From a virus: a DNA stretch of 64,000 nt. This document shows, one piece after another, positions 1 to 9,715 of this stretch; position 1 is the stretch's first letter, and each line of letters opens with the position of its first letter. The stretch is taken from the IMG/VR virus record IMGVR_UViG_3300025701_000006, positions 14,328 to 78,327 of that record; one strand, given 5' to 3'. Under the pieces are notes generated by a model. The model saw only the letters and a program-made list of their open reading frames with translations. It was not told the DNA's origin and searched no databases. Both the position numbers and the translations under genes were made by a program.

Positions 1-2
1 TA

Positions 3-491
3 CAAAAAATTGAAGCATACAACGAAAAATTTAATGCATACCCAGATACTATCGTATTCGACTCTGTATCTAAAATATTTGACACTATTCATGCTAACTG
101 TAATGAAAAATACAAAGGTTTTGTTATTTACAGTGAACTAGACAAAGAGATTGTAGCATTTACATCTTTTATCGAGAACTCACTGATTGCAAGTAACATG
201 AACGTTGTTCTTATTTCTCACGCATTGTATGACAGCGATACAGCTAAATACAATCTAGTGGGTAAAGGTTCTTTTGCAAAACGTGGTGGTTTCTTAGCAG
301 AAGTAGATGAAGCTATATTTATTGAAGTTAAAAGCAATAAAAGAACAGTACATCTTCGATCTACTAAACTACCTGCACGTTCTCTGCAAGAAGACTTGCC
401 AGACAATGTAGTAGTTGATGACTTCAACTTACAACAACACATTGAACACTTGGCAAAAAATGCAAGCACTGTCGACGACTTTGCTCTGTAA
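3..491 (+). CDS. P-loop AAA ATPase, Sak4-like (5' truncated by window)
   Basis: Frame is open from base 3 (QKIEAYNEKFNAYPDTIVFDSVSKI...NVVLISHA). Walker-B-like TIVFDS and the VLISH strand are typical of phage Sak4/AAA_24 proteins; followed by an SSB-like gene. Confidence 0.65.
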   Translation, partial: QKIEAYNEKFNAYPDTIVFDSVSKIFDTIHANCNEKYKGFVIYSELDKEIVAFTSFIENSLIASNMNVVLISHALYDSDTAKYNLVGKGSFAKRGGFLAEVDEAIFIEVKSNKRTVHLRSTKLPARSLQEDLPDNVVVDDFNLQQHIEHLAKNASTVDDFAL

Positions 492-548
492 AAACTAGGG
501 GGAATAGTCCCCCGCATTTATTATTAAACAACAAAAGGAAATAACACT

Positions 549-1226
549 GTGAAATTAACGGTATCCAAAAAACAAGACGCTATCAAAGACGGTGGCAACG
601 GCGGCAGCTTAATCAATAAATCTGGTATTTATGATGTTGTCTTAAACTACGTACAAATTGCTGAAACCAAAAATGGTGCATATCAGCTTAACTTTAACGT
701 AACTAATGAAGGCATGAGCCAAACTATTTGGGGTCCAATCCTCTTAAATAAAGACGGTCGTGTTAACGAAATCACCCAAGGCTTGCTAAATCGCTTATGC
801 ATTATTGCAGGCATGGATGATGGTCAAGACATCGAAACAGAAACTCAAGAGTTTCCAGTAGGTCGTGACCAAAAAATGACTGAAATGGAAATTATCCCTG
901 AGCTAATGGACATTCCAGTAAAAATGCGTGTGCAAATGGAATATTCTTTGTATAATGATGCATTGCAAGAAAGAAAAGCAATAAAAGCATTCTATCGCGA
1001 AGATGGAGCAACTGCTGCCGAAGCCGAAAGCGGTGAAAACATCGGTAGTCGTTTAGCTACAGATCAAGAGAAGTATGCGGACAACGTTACTTACAAAGAT
1101 GGCCTAACTGAAGAAGCCGTAGCGGAGCTTATCAAAGAAAAAATTGATGCAGCAAAGTCAGGATCTTCTGCACCAGCAGCAAAGCCTAAAGCTACACAAG
1201 CAAAACGCCCTTTGTTTGGTAAGTAA
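549..1226 (+). CDS. Putative single-stranded DNA-binding protein
   Basis: GTG start after AAGGA. Beta-rich N-terminal region (SGIYDVVL..AETKNGAYQLNF), low-complexity tail ending RPLFGK, position after Sak4-like ATPase. Confidence 0.55.
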   Translation: MKLTVSKKQDAIKDGGNGGSLINKSGIYDVVLNYVQIAETKNGAYQLNFNVTNEGMSQTIWGPILLNKDGRVNEITQGLLNRLCIIAGMDDGQDIETETQEFPVGRDQKMTEMEIIPELMDIPVKMRVQMEYSLYNDALQERKAIKAFYREDGATAAEAESGENIGSRLATDQEKYADNVTYKDGLTEEAVAELIKEKIDAAKSGSSAPAAKPKATQAKRPLFGK

Positions 1227-1258
1227 TAAAATACTAACTTAAACGTAAGGAGCCCAGC

Positions 1259-2407
1259 ATGGCTAAGATAAGTGACAGCGCAATGGTTAAGCTGTGTAAC
1301 AAGTTCTCTTTAGATGTATCTAAAATAGCAGAACAGATAAAGAAAGATTATCCAGGTTACATAGTAAGACCTAACCGCATCGCCAAAAGAATCAACTCGC
1401 TGCGTACCAAAGGTAAGCTACCGTTAGATTCTGGAAACTACGTAAGTAGTGGCGAAGTCCTTAAAGGATCATCTACATTATACGACGATGAAGGCAATGT
1501 TAAACTTCAGTGGGTAAAAACAGATATAGATAAACAAACTGCGATAGATAATATCAAAGAATGGATAGATACGTGTGTTGAAAACCTGCCTAAGTTTAAA
1601 AAGAAAAACTACGAAGTGTCTAACACATCTAGTGACTTACTTGCTATTTATCCTCTTGGCGACCCTCATGTAGGGATGAAAGCGTATAAAGATGAAGCTG
1701 GTGACAATTGGGATTTAAACACCGCACAAGAAGTATTTTGTGGGGTGTTTGACAGGCTTGTAAAGACAGCTCCTCATTGCAAAGAGGCAATCATTGTTAA
1801 TCTAGGTGACTACTTTCATAGAGATAACGTAGCTGGCGTAACAGAGCGCAGTGGACATAAACTGGACTCTGACGGCAACTACCTCATGATGGTAGACACT
1901 GGCATAAAGATTATGATTCAAATGATTAATTCCGCACTTGAGCATCACGAAGTGGTCAAAGTAATTACTATTATAGGTAATCACGATGATACTGGAGCTA
2001 TGTTCTTGCAAGCAGCGTTAAAACATATGTATGCAAACGAACCACGAGTAAATATTGAGTGTACTGCTTCAGTATTCCAGTATTTCCAACATGGTAAGTG
2101 CTTCTTTGGAGTACATCATGGACACACTTGTAAAGCAGACAAGCTACCACTAGTTATGGCAACAGATAGACCAAAAGAGTGGGGAAATTCCTCATTCCGT
2201 TACTGGCTAACTGGGCATATCCATCATGACAGCAAAAAAGAATACTCTGGATGTTCCGTGGAATCATTCAGGACTCTCGCAGCTAAAGATGCTTATGCAT
2301 ATAACGGTGGCTATAGAGCTGGACAAGACAGTAAAGCCTTGGTAATACACAAAGAGTTTGGTGAAATTGAAAGACACACTATCAATATAGCCCAAGTACT
2401 ACCATAA
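1259..2407 (+). CDS. Calcineurin-like metallophosphoesterase
   Basis: Complete motif set GDPH, GDYFH, GNHD, HHGH, GHIHH. Confidence 0.85.
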   Translation: MAKISDSAMVKLCNKFSLDVSKIAEQIKKDYPGYIVRPNRIAKRINSLRTKGKLPLDSGNYVSSGEVLKGSSTLYDDEGNVKLQWVKTDIDKQTAIDNIKEWIDTCVENLPKFKKKNYEVSNTSSDLLAIYPLGDPHVGMKAYKDEAGDNWDLNTAQEVFCGVFDRLVKTAPHCKEAIIVNLGDYFHRDNVAGVTERSGHKLDSDGNYLMMVDTGIKIMIQMINSALEHHEVVKVITIIGNHDDTGAMFLQAALKHMYANEPRVNIECTASVFQYFQHGKCFFGVHHGHTCKADKLPLVMATDRPKEWGNSSFRYWLTGHIHHDSKKEYSGCSVESFRTLAAKDAYAYNGGYRAGQDSKALVIHKEFGEIERHTINIAQVLP

Positions 2408-2425
2408 GTTTTAACTTCCCTGTGT

Positions 2426-2449
2426 AAAGCCCTCTTATGAGGGCTTTTT
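2426..2449 (+). terminator. Intrinsic terminator
   Basis: AAAGCCCTC-TTAT-GAGGGCTTTTT after the phosphoesterase stop. Confidence 0.8.
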
Positions 2450-2458
2450 ACATTATAC

Positions 2459-2485
2459 TAATAATAATAATAATAATAATAATAA
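2459..2485. repeat. (TAA)9 microsatellite
   Basis: Nine perfect TAA units between the terminator and the helicase start. Confidence 0.9.
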
Positions 2486-2500
2486 ATCGGAACTTCTTAA

Positions 2501-3934
2501 ATGAACCTAACTGAAGAACAACAAAACGTAGTAAATTACATTGAAAACATCACAGAGCCAGAACTAGTGCTTATAGACTCTGTTGCAGGCAGCGGCAAGA
2601 CTACGTTACTTACAGCTATAGCAAAAGAAGCCCCATTACCAAACAGCCTGTACCTTGCTTACAATAAAGCTATTGCAACTAGTTCCAAGAAAAAATTTCC
2701 TTCATACGTAGATTGTCGTACTACACATTCTCTTGCGTATGGAAAAGTAGTGCACCCTAAAGACTTAAATGTAGGTTTTTTTGGTCCTAAAATGGTTAAA
2801 GAAAAAATGCCATTCTCTAATAAAGTAATGTTAGCAGAAGACATTAGAGAATTTTGCTTATCTTCTTATCTTACTTACGAAGAATATGCAGAAGCAAACA
2901 ACAGAGTAAACACTGCAATGGCTAAGCGCTATCTAGGGCTAATGGGCAGTGGAGCAATTGAATGTACTCATGACTTCTATCTAAAAGAGTTTCATAAAGA
3001 CCTTGCAAGTGGTAGCATCAAACTAAAACCTTATGGTGTAGTTATGCTAGACGAAGCAGGAGATCTAAACGAAGTCACACTAGAAATATTTAAACTACTA
3101 CCTGCAAGTATTAAAATTGCAGTTGGTGACCCTTACCAAAACATATACTCTTTTAACTACACTATTAACTGTTTTGATAGGTTAAAAGACCAAGGTACTA
3201 CCTTCAAACTGTCTAAGTCTTTTCGTGTGCCAACACACATTGCTTCGGCAGTACAAAACTTCTGTCAAAACTACTTAAATCCTGACATGGAGTTTGAAGG
3301 TATCGAAAGCGACAAGACGGATATTAAAACTAGGGGTTATATCTCTAGGACAAATGCTGGTCTGATCAATAAGATTATAGAACTTAATGATGACAATACC
3401 CCTTATGGGCTAGTAAGAAAAGCTAATATCATATTTAATACGCCTCTTATGGTATCGTCCCTTAAATACCAAGGCAAAGTTACAGACACTGCCTATCTAC
3501 ATCTGCAAGAAGATGTTAATGACTGGTTTGAAAACAAAGATGGTATTAAAACTAGTAATCCAAACATGTTAAACTATTTGCGTAAAAAGTATGATGAAGA
3601 TATCCAGTTAGTGCAGGCTATTAATTTAGTGATTAAGCACGGAAAAAATGGTATTTTTAATGCGTACTACAAAGCTAAAAACCATGAAAACAAAAAACAT
3701 GCTTTTACGCTACTTACAGCACATTCTTCTAAAGGTCTAGAATTTGACGAAGTAACTTTTGCTCCTGATATGAATACTTCAGTAGAAAAAATTATAGAAG
3801 ATATAACAAGAGGACAGATTACAGGTGACAGTGATATTTCTGATCTAACCGTACAAGAAAGAGAATCTTTAAACCTTTACTACGTAGCGGCTACAAGAGC
3901 TCTAGTGAGGCTTAATAACGCAGCTTATTTATAG
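2501..3934 (+). CDS. Superfamily 1 (UvrD/Rep-like) DNA helicase
   Basis: AGSGKTT, DEAGD, GDPYQNIY, LSKSFR, TAHSSKGLEFD, LYYVAATRA. Confidence 0.92.
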   Translation: MNLTEEQQNVVNYIENITEPELVLIDSVAGSGKTTLLTAIAKEAPLPNSLYLAYNKAIATSSKKKFPSYVDCRTTHSLAYGKVVHPKDLNVGFFGPKMVKEKMPFSNKVMLAEDIREFCLSSYLTYEEYAEANNRVNTAMAKRYLGLMGSGAIECTHDFYLKEFHKDLASGSIKLKPYGVVMLDEAGDLNEVTLEIFKLLPASIKIAVGDPYQNIYSFNYTINCFDRLKDQGTTFKLSKSFRVPTHIASAVQNFCQNYLNPDMEFEGIESDKTDIKTRGYISRTNAGLINKIIELNDDNTPYGLVRKANIIFNTPLMVSSLKYQGKVTDTAYLHLQEDVNDWFENKDGIKTSNPNMLNYLRKKYDEDIQLVQAINLVIKHGKNGIFNAYYKAKNHENKKHAFTLLTAHSSKGLEFDEVTFAPDMNTSVEKIIEDITRGQITGDSDISDLTVQERESLNLYYVAATRALVRLNNAAYL

Positions 3935-3944
3935 GTAATTACCA

Positions 3945-4619
3945 ATGGAAACAATAGAGCCTATCCAAGTATCTTATAAACATACTAATGATGCTAAAAC
4001 CGCTAAGGCCTGGCTAGATAGTCTACCAGATCTTTTTGCTGCTGACTTTGAAGCAGCTATTAGGTATACTAAAAAAGATATAGAAGAAGCTAAAGCTATT
4101 GTTGAAGATGAAAGCATACCTAAAATAGAAAGAATAGAAGCTAGTTCAATAGCAACTGCTACAGCATTAGGTCATCCTTACCACTGTACCATTACACATT
4201 GCAGTATTGCGTACACGGAAAAAGACGCTTATGTCTTTATTATCGATGCACAACCTATAGCAGATGTTGTTCTTAACTTTCTAACATCTACTGTAAGAAC
4301 GCAAGTATGGCATAATTACAGCTATGATGGCAGGCTAATAAGGTATTACGCAGACAAAGACGCTATTAATGTTGAAGATAGCCAAATATTTGCAAAAACT
4401 CTAATAAACCATGTAGATACTTTTAAAGCTAAAACAAGACTAAAAGATTTAATGGGGGAGTTCTACGGAGACTGGGCAATATCTGCTGATAACTTTACAT
4501 TAGAACAGCAATATGAAGAACATGTACTGCATTATGCAGCTATAGACGCATGCGCAACGTTTAAACTATGGGAATACCTAAATGATTTCGCAAAAGAAAA
4601 CAAAATACAGTCCGCATGA
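3945..4619 (+). CDS. Stand-alone 3'-5' exonuclease domain of family A DNA polymerase
   Basis: ExoI ADFEA, ExoII HNYSYD, ExoIII YAAID; directly precedes the polymerase domain gene. Confidence 0.85.
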   Translation: METIEPIQVSYKHTNDAKTAKAWLDSLPDLFAADFEAAIRYTKKDIEEAKAIVEDESIPKIERIEASSIATATALGHPYHCTITHCSIAYTEKDAYVFIIDAQPIADVVLNFLTSTVRTQVWHNYSYDGRLIRYYADKDAINVEDSQIFAKTLINHVDTFKAKTRLKDLMGEFYGDWAISADNFTLEQQYEEHVLHYAAIDACATFKLWEYLNDFAKENKIQSA

Positions 4620-6417
4620 CCAGTTACCGGCACCAGAACCTAAAACAATAGAGTATGACGTAGATCACTTCTACAAAAACACTGCTAGATACCTAGTTAA
4701 AGACACTGTGCGGGTTATGGACAACGGTTTAGCCATTGACTTGAACAAAGTTATTGAGCTAGAAGAAGTACTCGTAGAACAGCTTACAGAGGTAGATAAA
4801 GAACTAGCGTCTAATAAGTATATCGAACAGTATTTAAACCAACGCTATGCTACGCAAATAAAAGAGTATAAAAAAGACCGTAAATCTAAAATGCGTAATG
4901 CAGACTACTATTTAAAGGAATTTAAACCTTTTGATATGATGCATAGAAGTTACTTTATGGAAGAGTACGCAAGTGCTAAAGGCTGGAGTAAGCCCGAAGA
5001 AAAGCTTCCTACTGGTGTTAGTAAATGGCCTGCAAACCTTGTTAAAAAGTATGCAGCTACTAATAGGCTATTAAAATCTTTACTAGATAAGACTATACCA
5101 CTAAATACACCAGCAGCTGTTAAAGCTATGGAAAAACTAGCCAAAGACAAAGCTGATATGTACAATCAAAAGTACTTGGATCAGGTAAAGTCTCCTGATG
5201 TAAAATATCCAGTATTTAATCCGGCTTCTTCTACACAAAAACAAGAATTGTTTAAGATGCTAGGCTTTGTGTCACAAAAAGTTTCTAAAAAAACAGGTTT
5301 ACCTTCCTGGGACAGAGACGAAATAGAAAATATTAATAAATCTACTAGAGATGAGGATATAAAATCTTTTACTCAAAGTTTTATAGACCATTCTTTTGCT
5401 GCGATAGTAAAAAACAACTTTATTGCTGCTTTTTACAAATACACAGTACAAGGCAGATTATACGGCCAGTACAAACTTTTAGGTGCTAAAACAGGACGTT
5501 ACACAAGCAGTAACCCTAACATGTTAAACATGCCTTCAACTAAATCTAGGTTTGCTAAACCTGTTAAAAAATGTTTTGTAGCACCAGAAGGTAAAATCAT
5601 ACTAGCTGCAGATTACAGTGCTTTGGAAGACAGAGTAATTGCATCTTTATCTAGGGATGTTAACAAATGTGATATATTCTTAAAGAATCTTGATGGTCAT
5701 TCACTAAATGCACTAGGCTATTTTCTGCCAAGAATTGAAAACCTTATGGATATCACAGGAGATACACCTACTGACGCTATTAATTTTAAAAAACTAGTGG
5801 ACAGTGGTGATTCCGTAGCAGATGCAATTAGACAAGAATCTAAAGGTCCTACCTTTGGCTTGGCGTATGGTGCTTACCCACCTAAAATTGCTGCTACTCT
5901 AAAAATATCTTTAGAAGAAGCACAAGAAATCTTTGATAATTATCACAATGTACTGTATCCTGGTATAACAGATTATAGACAAAACTACGTACTACCTACC
6001 GCAAAAACACAAGGTCAATTACATCTAGGATTAGGGTTTACCCTAAAAACAGACGACCCTGAAAAAGATATACGTACGCTAGCTAACGCTACATGCCAGT
6101 TTTGGTCTATACTCACAGCATTAGTAATAAATAAAATGCATGTACTTATCGATCAGATAGGATACCAAGAAGACGTAAAAGTAATATCAACTATATATGA
6201 TTCAATATATTTTGAAGTTACAAACGACCCTAAAATAATTAAATGGGTTAACGATAATCTCATAGCTACTATGCTAGTAGATTTTATGGAAGATCAGACA
6301 GTTGTAAATGAAGCAGAAAGCGACATAGGTTTTAACTGGGCAGAAATGCTTACTATACCTAATAATGCTACTGTTGAATGTATTGAAGACACTTTAAAGA
6401 AACTACAAGAATTGTAG
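4582..6417 (+). CDS. polA: Family A DNA polymerase, polymerase domain
   Basis: FNPASS, TGRYTSSNPNMLN, motif A ADYSALEDR, motif B RQESKGPTFGLAYG (Phe at the E. coli 762-equivalent), motif C IYDSIYFE. Confidence 0.93.
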   Translation: MISQKKTKYSPHDQLPAPEPKTIEYDVDHFYKNTARYLVKDTVRVMDNGLAIDLNKVIELEEVLVEQLTEVDKELASNKYIEQYLNQRYATQIKEYKKDRKSKMRNADYYLKEFKPFDMMHRSYFMEEYASAKGWSKPEEKLPTGVSKWPANLVKKYAATNRLLKSLLDKTIPLNTPAAVKAMEKLAKDKADMYNQKYLDQVKSPDVKYPVFNPASSTQKQELFKMLGFVSQKVSKKTGLPSWDRDEIENINKSTRDEDIKSFTQSFIDHSFAAIVKNNFIAAFYKYTVQGRLYGQYKLLGAKTGRYTSSNPNMLNMPSTKSRFAKPVKKCFVAPEGKIILAADYSALEDRVIASLSRDVNKCDIFLKNLDGHSLNALGYFLPRIENLMDITGDTPTDAINFKKLVDSGDSVADAIRQESKGPTFGLAYGAYPPKIAATLKISLEEAQEIFDNYHNVLYPGITDYRQNYVLPTAKTQGQLHLGLGFTLKTDDPEKDIRTLANATCQFWSILTALVINKMHVLIDQIGYQEDVKVISTIYDSIYFEVTNDPKIIKWVNDNLIATMLVDFMEDQTVVNEAESDIGFNWAEMLTIPNNATVECIEDTLKKLQEL

Positions 6418-6430
6418 AATTTATTCTAAA

Positions 6431-6631
6431 GAGCAGGGTGCCTTCCTACCTTTTTAGCCTTTCCGGTGGGGTGTGCTCGCTAATCACCGGACTTAATTTA
6501 CCTGGTGGTAACTTAGCAAGGGGGGAGACCTCCTATTAGCCTTACTAATGGGGTGCTAGATAAACATTAGACGAGCAAGGTTCATAATACCTATTCCGCC
6601 TTCCCAGTGGGGTGCTCAATAATCACTGGGA
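6431..6631 (+). ncRNA. Three tandem ~60-nt putative structured RNA units (6431-6491, 6514-6570, 6573-6631)
   Basis: GC-rich intergenic repeats with conserved AGCA..GG/CCT..GCCTT..GGGTGCT..TAA and covarying stems; G-U pairs and a GAGA tetraloop favour the + strand. Confidence 0.7.
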
Positions 6632-6650
6632 CTAATTTAGGAGCTATACC

Positions 6651-7061
6651 ATTAAAATAGAATTACCAATTTACTGGACACAAGAGTTCAAGACTAAAAA
6701 CGACAAAACCGTTTTAGTAGGTATGAACTGGTACCGTAATGCGTTTTACCACGCACAAAACAAAATGAAAAAAGACTTCCAAGAACTAGTATATAAACAG
6801 CTAGGTGACGAAGTTATTAGTGATCAATTTACCTTAGATATAGGTATATATTACAAAAACGCTTCTTGCGATGGTGCTAACATAGCAGCACTAATAGAAA
6901 AATTTACCCTAGATGCGCTTCAAGAGAACAAAACTGTGGTTAACGACAACGTTAAATACCATGTAGGTAGTTCCTGGAAAATATTAGGGCAAGATAAAAA
7001 TAATCCGAGATGCGAAATCTCGATAACAAAAAAATTAACAGAGGAGACTTTAAGTGCTTGA
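6651..7061 (+). CDS. RusA-like Holliday junction resolvase / endonuclease (probable ATT start)
   Basis: DGAN...DALQ..VVNDN and DKNNPRCEI resemble RusA acidic motifs. Frame extends upstream of ATG 6723 to ATT 6651, 7 nt after AGGAG. Confidence 0.7.
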   Translation: MKIELPIYWTQEFKTKNDKTVLVGMNWYRNAFYHAQNKMKKDFQELVYKQLGDEVISDQFTLDIGIYYKNASCDGANIAALIEKFTLDALQENKTVVNDNVKYHVGSSWKILGQDKNNPRCEISITKKLTEETLSA

Positions 7062-8781
7062 TTTTGCAAAAGAGCTACTTAAGAAACATTATTGTAAGCC
7101 CAATGAATCTATTCATGAAGCTTTTAAACGAGCTAGTGACTGCTACGCTACTGACCAAGAGCAAAGTGAACGAATACAAGACTATCTTAAGAAAGAATGG
7201 TTTATGTTTAGTTCGCCTATTCTAAGTAACGCACCAGCAAAAGGTGAAAAAACTAAAGGCTTGCCTATTAGTTGTTTTTTAACCTATGTACCAGACTCTA
7301 TCAAAGGTCTATGCGATCATACTACTGAAGAACGATACTTATCGGTCAAAGGTGGTGGCGTAGGCGGACACTGGTCTGATGTAAGATCTATCTCTGATAA
7401 GACCCCAGGCGTTAATGGCTTTTTGCATACCGTCGATGCAGATATGGTGGCCTATCGTCAAGGTAAAACTCGTAGAGGCAGCTATGCTGCATACTTGGAT
7501 GTTAGTCATCCAGAGATCATCGAGTTTATTAAAATGCGTACTCCTACTGGAGATCTTAACCGTAAGAACCTAAACCTTCATCACGGTGTAAATATTACTG
7601 ACGCTTTTCTTGAAGCAGTCAATGATGATTTAGAATGGTCTCTAATAGATACACATAATGGGGAAGTAGTAGAAACTGTACGTGCTCGTCATATATGGGA
7701 AGAGATTTTAACAACTCGATTCCGTACTGGCGAACCATACATTAACTACCTAGACGAAGCAAATCGCAAAATGCACCCAGCGTTACAGAACCTAGGTCTT
7801 AAGATCCACGGCAGTAACCTGTGTAACGAAATCCATTTACCAACAAACAAAGATCGTTCAGCAGTATGCTGTTTATCATCTGTCAACCTAGCTAAGTTTG
7901 ACGAATGGAAAGACAATCCTGTGTTTATTGGTGACCTTATCGAATTGTTAGACAATGTTTTACAGTTCTTTATTGACCATGCTCCAGACGCTTTAGAAAA
8001 AACACGATACTCCGCTATCCGTGAACGTTCTTTAGGCCTAGGTGCTATGGGTTTCCATGACTATTTAATGCAGCACTCTATTCCTTTTGAAAGTAGTTTA
8101 GCAATATCTATTAACAAAAAGATGTTTAGCAGTATTAAAAAGCAAGCAATAGCGAAGACTAAGGAACTAGCTGTGCTACGTGGCGAAGCTCCAGACGCTG
8201 TAGGTTACGGTGTACGAAACACTCATTTATTAGCTATTGCCCCCAACGCAAATAGCTCAATTATCTTAGGTGTTAGCCCATCTATCGAACCAAGAGCATC
8301 TAACTGCTACACCCACAAAACACGAGTTGGCAGCTTCTTAGTCAAAAACCCTTCACTAATCGCTGTACTAGATACATATAATCGAAATACAGAAGATACG
8401 TGGAAATCTATCATGAAAAGTGATGGCTCTGTACAGCACTTAGACTTTTTATCTGCAGAAGAAAAAGACGTATTTAAAACTGCGTTCGAGATTGACCAAA
8501 ACTGGGTAGTCGAAATGGCTCGTAGCCGTCAAGAATACCTATGCCAAGGACAATCTGTTAATATCTTTTTCCCTGCCGGTGCTACTAAAGGCTATGTAAA
8601 TGCTGTGCACAGACGTGCTTTTAGACCTGCTGATGATGTAGGTGAACCACTGAAAGGTGTGTATTACTTACGTACAGAAGCAAGTAAAAAGACTGAAAAG
8701 ATTAACGTTAAAGTAGAGCGTAATGCTCTTAAAGATGGCGTACAAGGCTCTTTAGACGCCTGTATCGCATGTGAGGGATAA
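7054..8781 (+). CDS. nrdA: Class I ribonucleotide reductase alpha subunit (no ATP cone)
   Basis: ISCF, GGGVG, SNLCNEI, VCCLSS, APNANSS, GVYYLR, C-terminal CIAC. Confidence 0.96.
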   Translation: MLDFAKELLKKHYCKPNESIHEAFKRASDCYATDQEQSERIQDYLKKEWFMFSSPILSNAPAKGEKTKGLPISCFLTYVPDSIKGLCDHTTEERYLSVKGGGVGGHWSDVRSISDKTPGVNGFLHTVDADMVAYRQGKTRRGSYAAYLDVSHPEIIEFIKMRTPTGDLNRKNLNLHHGVNITDAFLEAVNDDLEWSLIDTHNGEVVETVRARHIWEEILTTRFRTGEPYINYLDEANRKMHPALQNLGLKIHGSNLCNEIHLPTNKDRSAVCCLSSVNLAKFDEWKDNPVFIGDLIELLDNVLQFFIDHAPDALEKTRYSAIRERSLGLGAMGFHDYLMQHSIPFESSLAISINKKMFSSIKKQAIAKTKELAVLRGEAPDAVGYGVRNTHLLAIAPNANSSIILGVSPSIEPRASNCYTHKTRVGSFLVKNPSLIAVLDTYNRNTEDTWKSIMKSDGSVQHLDFLSAEEKDVFKTAFEIDQNWVVEMARSRQEYLCQGQSVNIFFPAGATKGYVNAVHRRAFRPADDVGEPLKGVYYLRTEASKKTEKINVKVERNALKDGVQGSLDACIACEG

Positions 8782-8785
8782 GATT

Positions 8786-9715
8786 ATGTTACAAGAATTA
8801 AGCAGAACGTATAAGCCATTACGATATCCACAAGCTGAAGAGTATCGCCTTCAGTCTGAAGACATCCATTGGGTTGTAAAAGAAGTCGAAATGAGTAAAG
8901 ATTTAGAAGATTATAAATCTGCTTCCCCAGAGGAAAAAGAATTTATTAAAAACATTTTATCTATCTTTACACAATCAGACTTTAATGTTGCCGCAAACTA
9001 TTTGCCTTTAATCAATAAGATTAAAAACAATGAAGTACGTGGCATGCTGACTAGTTTTATGGCGCGTGAGTTTATCCACCAAGAAGGTTACGCACACCTT
9101 AACGAATCTTTAGGTTTTCCAGATAGTTACTACTCTGATTTTTTAAAACATCAAGAAACCTTAGAAAAAGACTCTTACATGGCAACTACCACGTTTGAAA
9201 GCTTCGGCTTAAAACTGGCTAAAGGTATTCTGCTTGAAGGTGTTAGCCTCTTTGGTGCTTTTGTATTACTTAAGAACTATGAGCGAGTAGGAAAGTACCT
9301 AGGTACCTGTACAATTAATGAGTGGTCTTTACGTGATGAATCTCTTCACGTTGAAGGCAACGCATGGCTGTTTCGTACCTGGTGCCAAGAAAACCCGAAA
9401 GAAGTGAATGACTCTTTTAAAAAGCACATTTACACGATGGCTCGTGAAATTGTAGAACTTGAAAAAAAGTTTATTGACTTTGCATACGGTGACTATCAAC
9501 CTCCTAAGTTAGACAAAGAAGATGTAAAAAAGTATATCGAGTTTATAACCGATAGACGTTTATTACAACTAGGCCTTAAGCCGAATTTTGGTTGTTCTAC
9601 TAATCCACTACCCTGGATGGATGAATTAAACAACGGAAGTTCGCATGCCAACTTCTTCGAAAAACGTGTAACTGATTACGCAGTTGCAGGGATGGAAGGT
9701 GATTTTACTTACTAA
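8786..9715 (+). CDS. nrdB: Class I ribonucleotide reductase beta subunit
   Basis: Metal ligands FTQSD, EFIH..GY (radical Tyr), LEG, DESLH; C-terminal NFFEKRVTDY. Confidence 0.95.
   Translation: MLQELSRTYKPLRYPQAEEYRLQSEDIHWVVKEVEMSKDLEDYKSASPEEKEFIKNILSIFTQSDFNVAANYLPLINKIKNNEVRGMLTSFMAREFIHQEGYAHLNESLGFPDSYYSDFLKHQETLEKDSYMATTTFESFGLKLAKGILLEGVSLFGAFVLLKNYERVGKYLGTCTINEWSLRDESLHVEGNAWLFRTWCQENPKEVNDSFKKHIYTMAREIVELEKKFIDFAYGDYQPPKLDKEDVKKYIEFITDRRLLQLGLKPNFGCSTNPLPWMDELNNGSSHANFFEKRVTDYAVAGMEGDFTY

Noticed and set aside
4575-4619. Programmed frameshift fusing exonuclease and polymerase
   Set aside because: It would need +1; the region is A-rich but I see no canonical slippery site or stimulator, and the second ORF has its own SD-ATG.
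6431-6631. Mini-CRISPR array, tRNA, or a known ribozyme (hammerhead, HDV/theta, twister, twister-sister, pistol)
   Set aside because: Units are not identical repeats with unique spacers, there is no cloverleaf, and the required cores (CUGANGA/GAAA, HDV P3-L3 with a conserved catalytic C, twister-sister GUGCAAGU loop) are not present in all units. Judged by eye only; Rfam not run.
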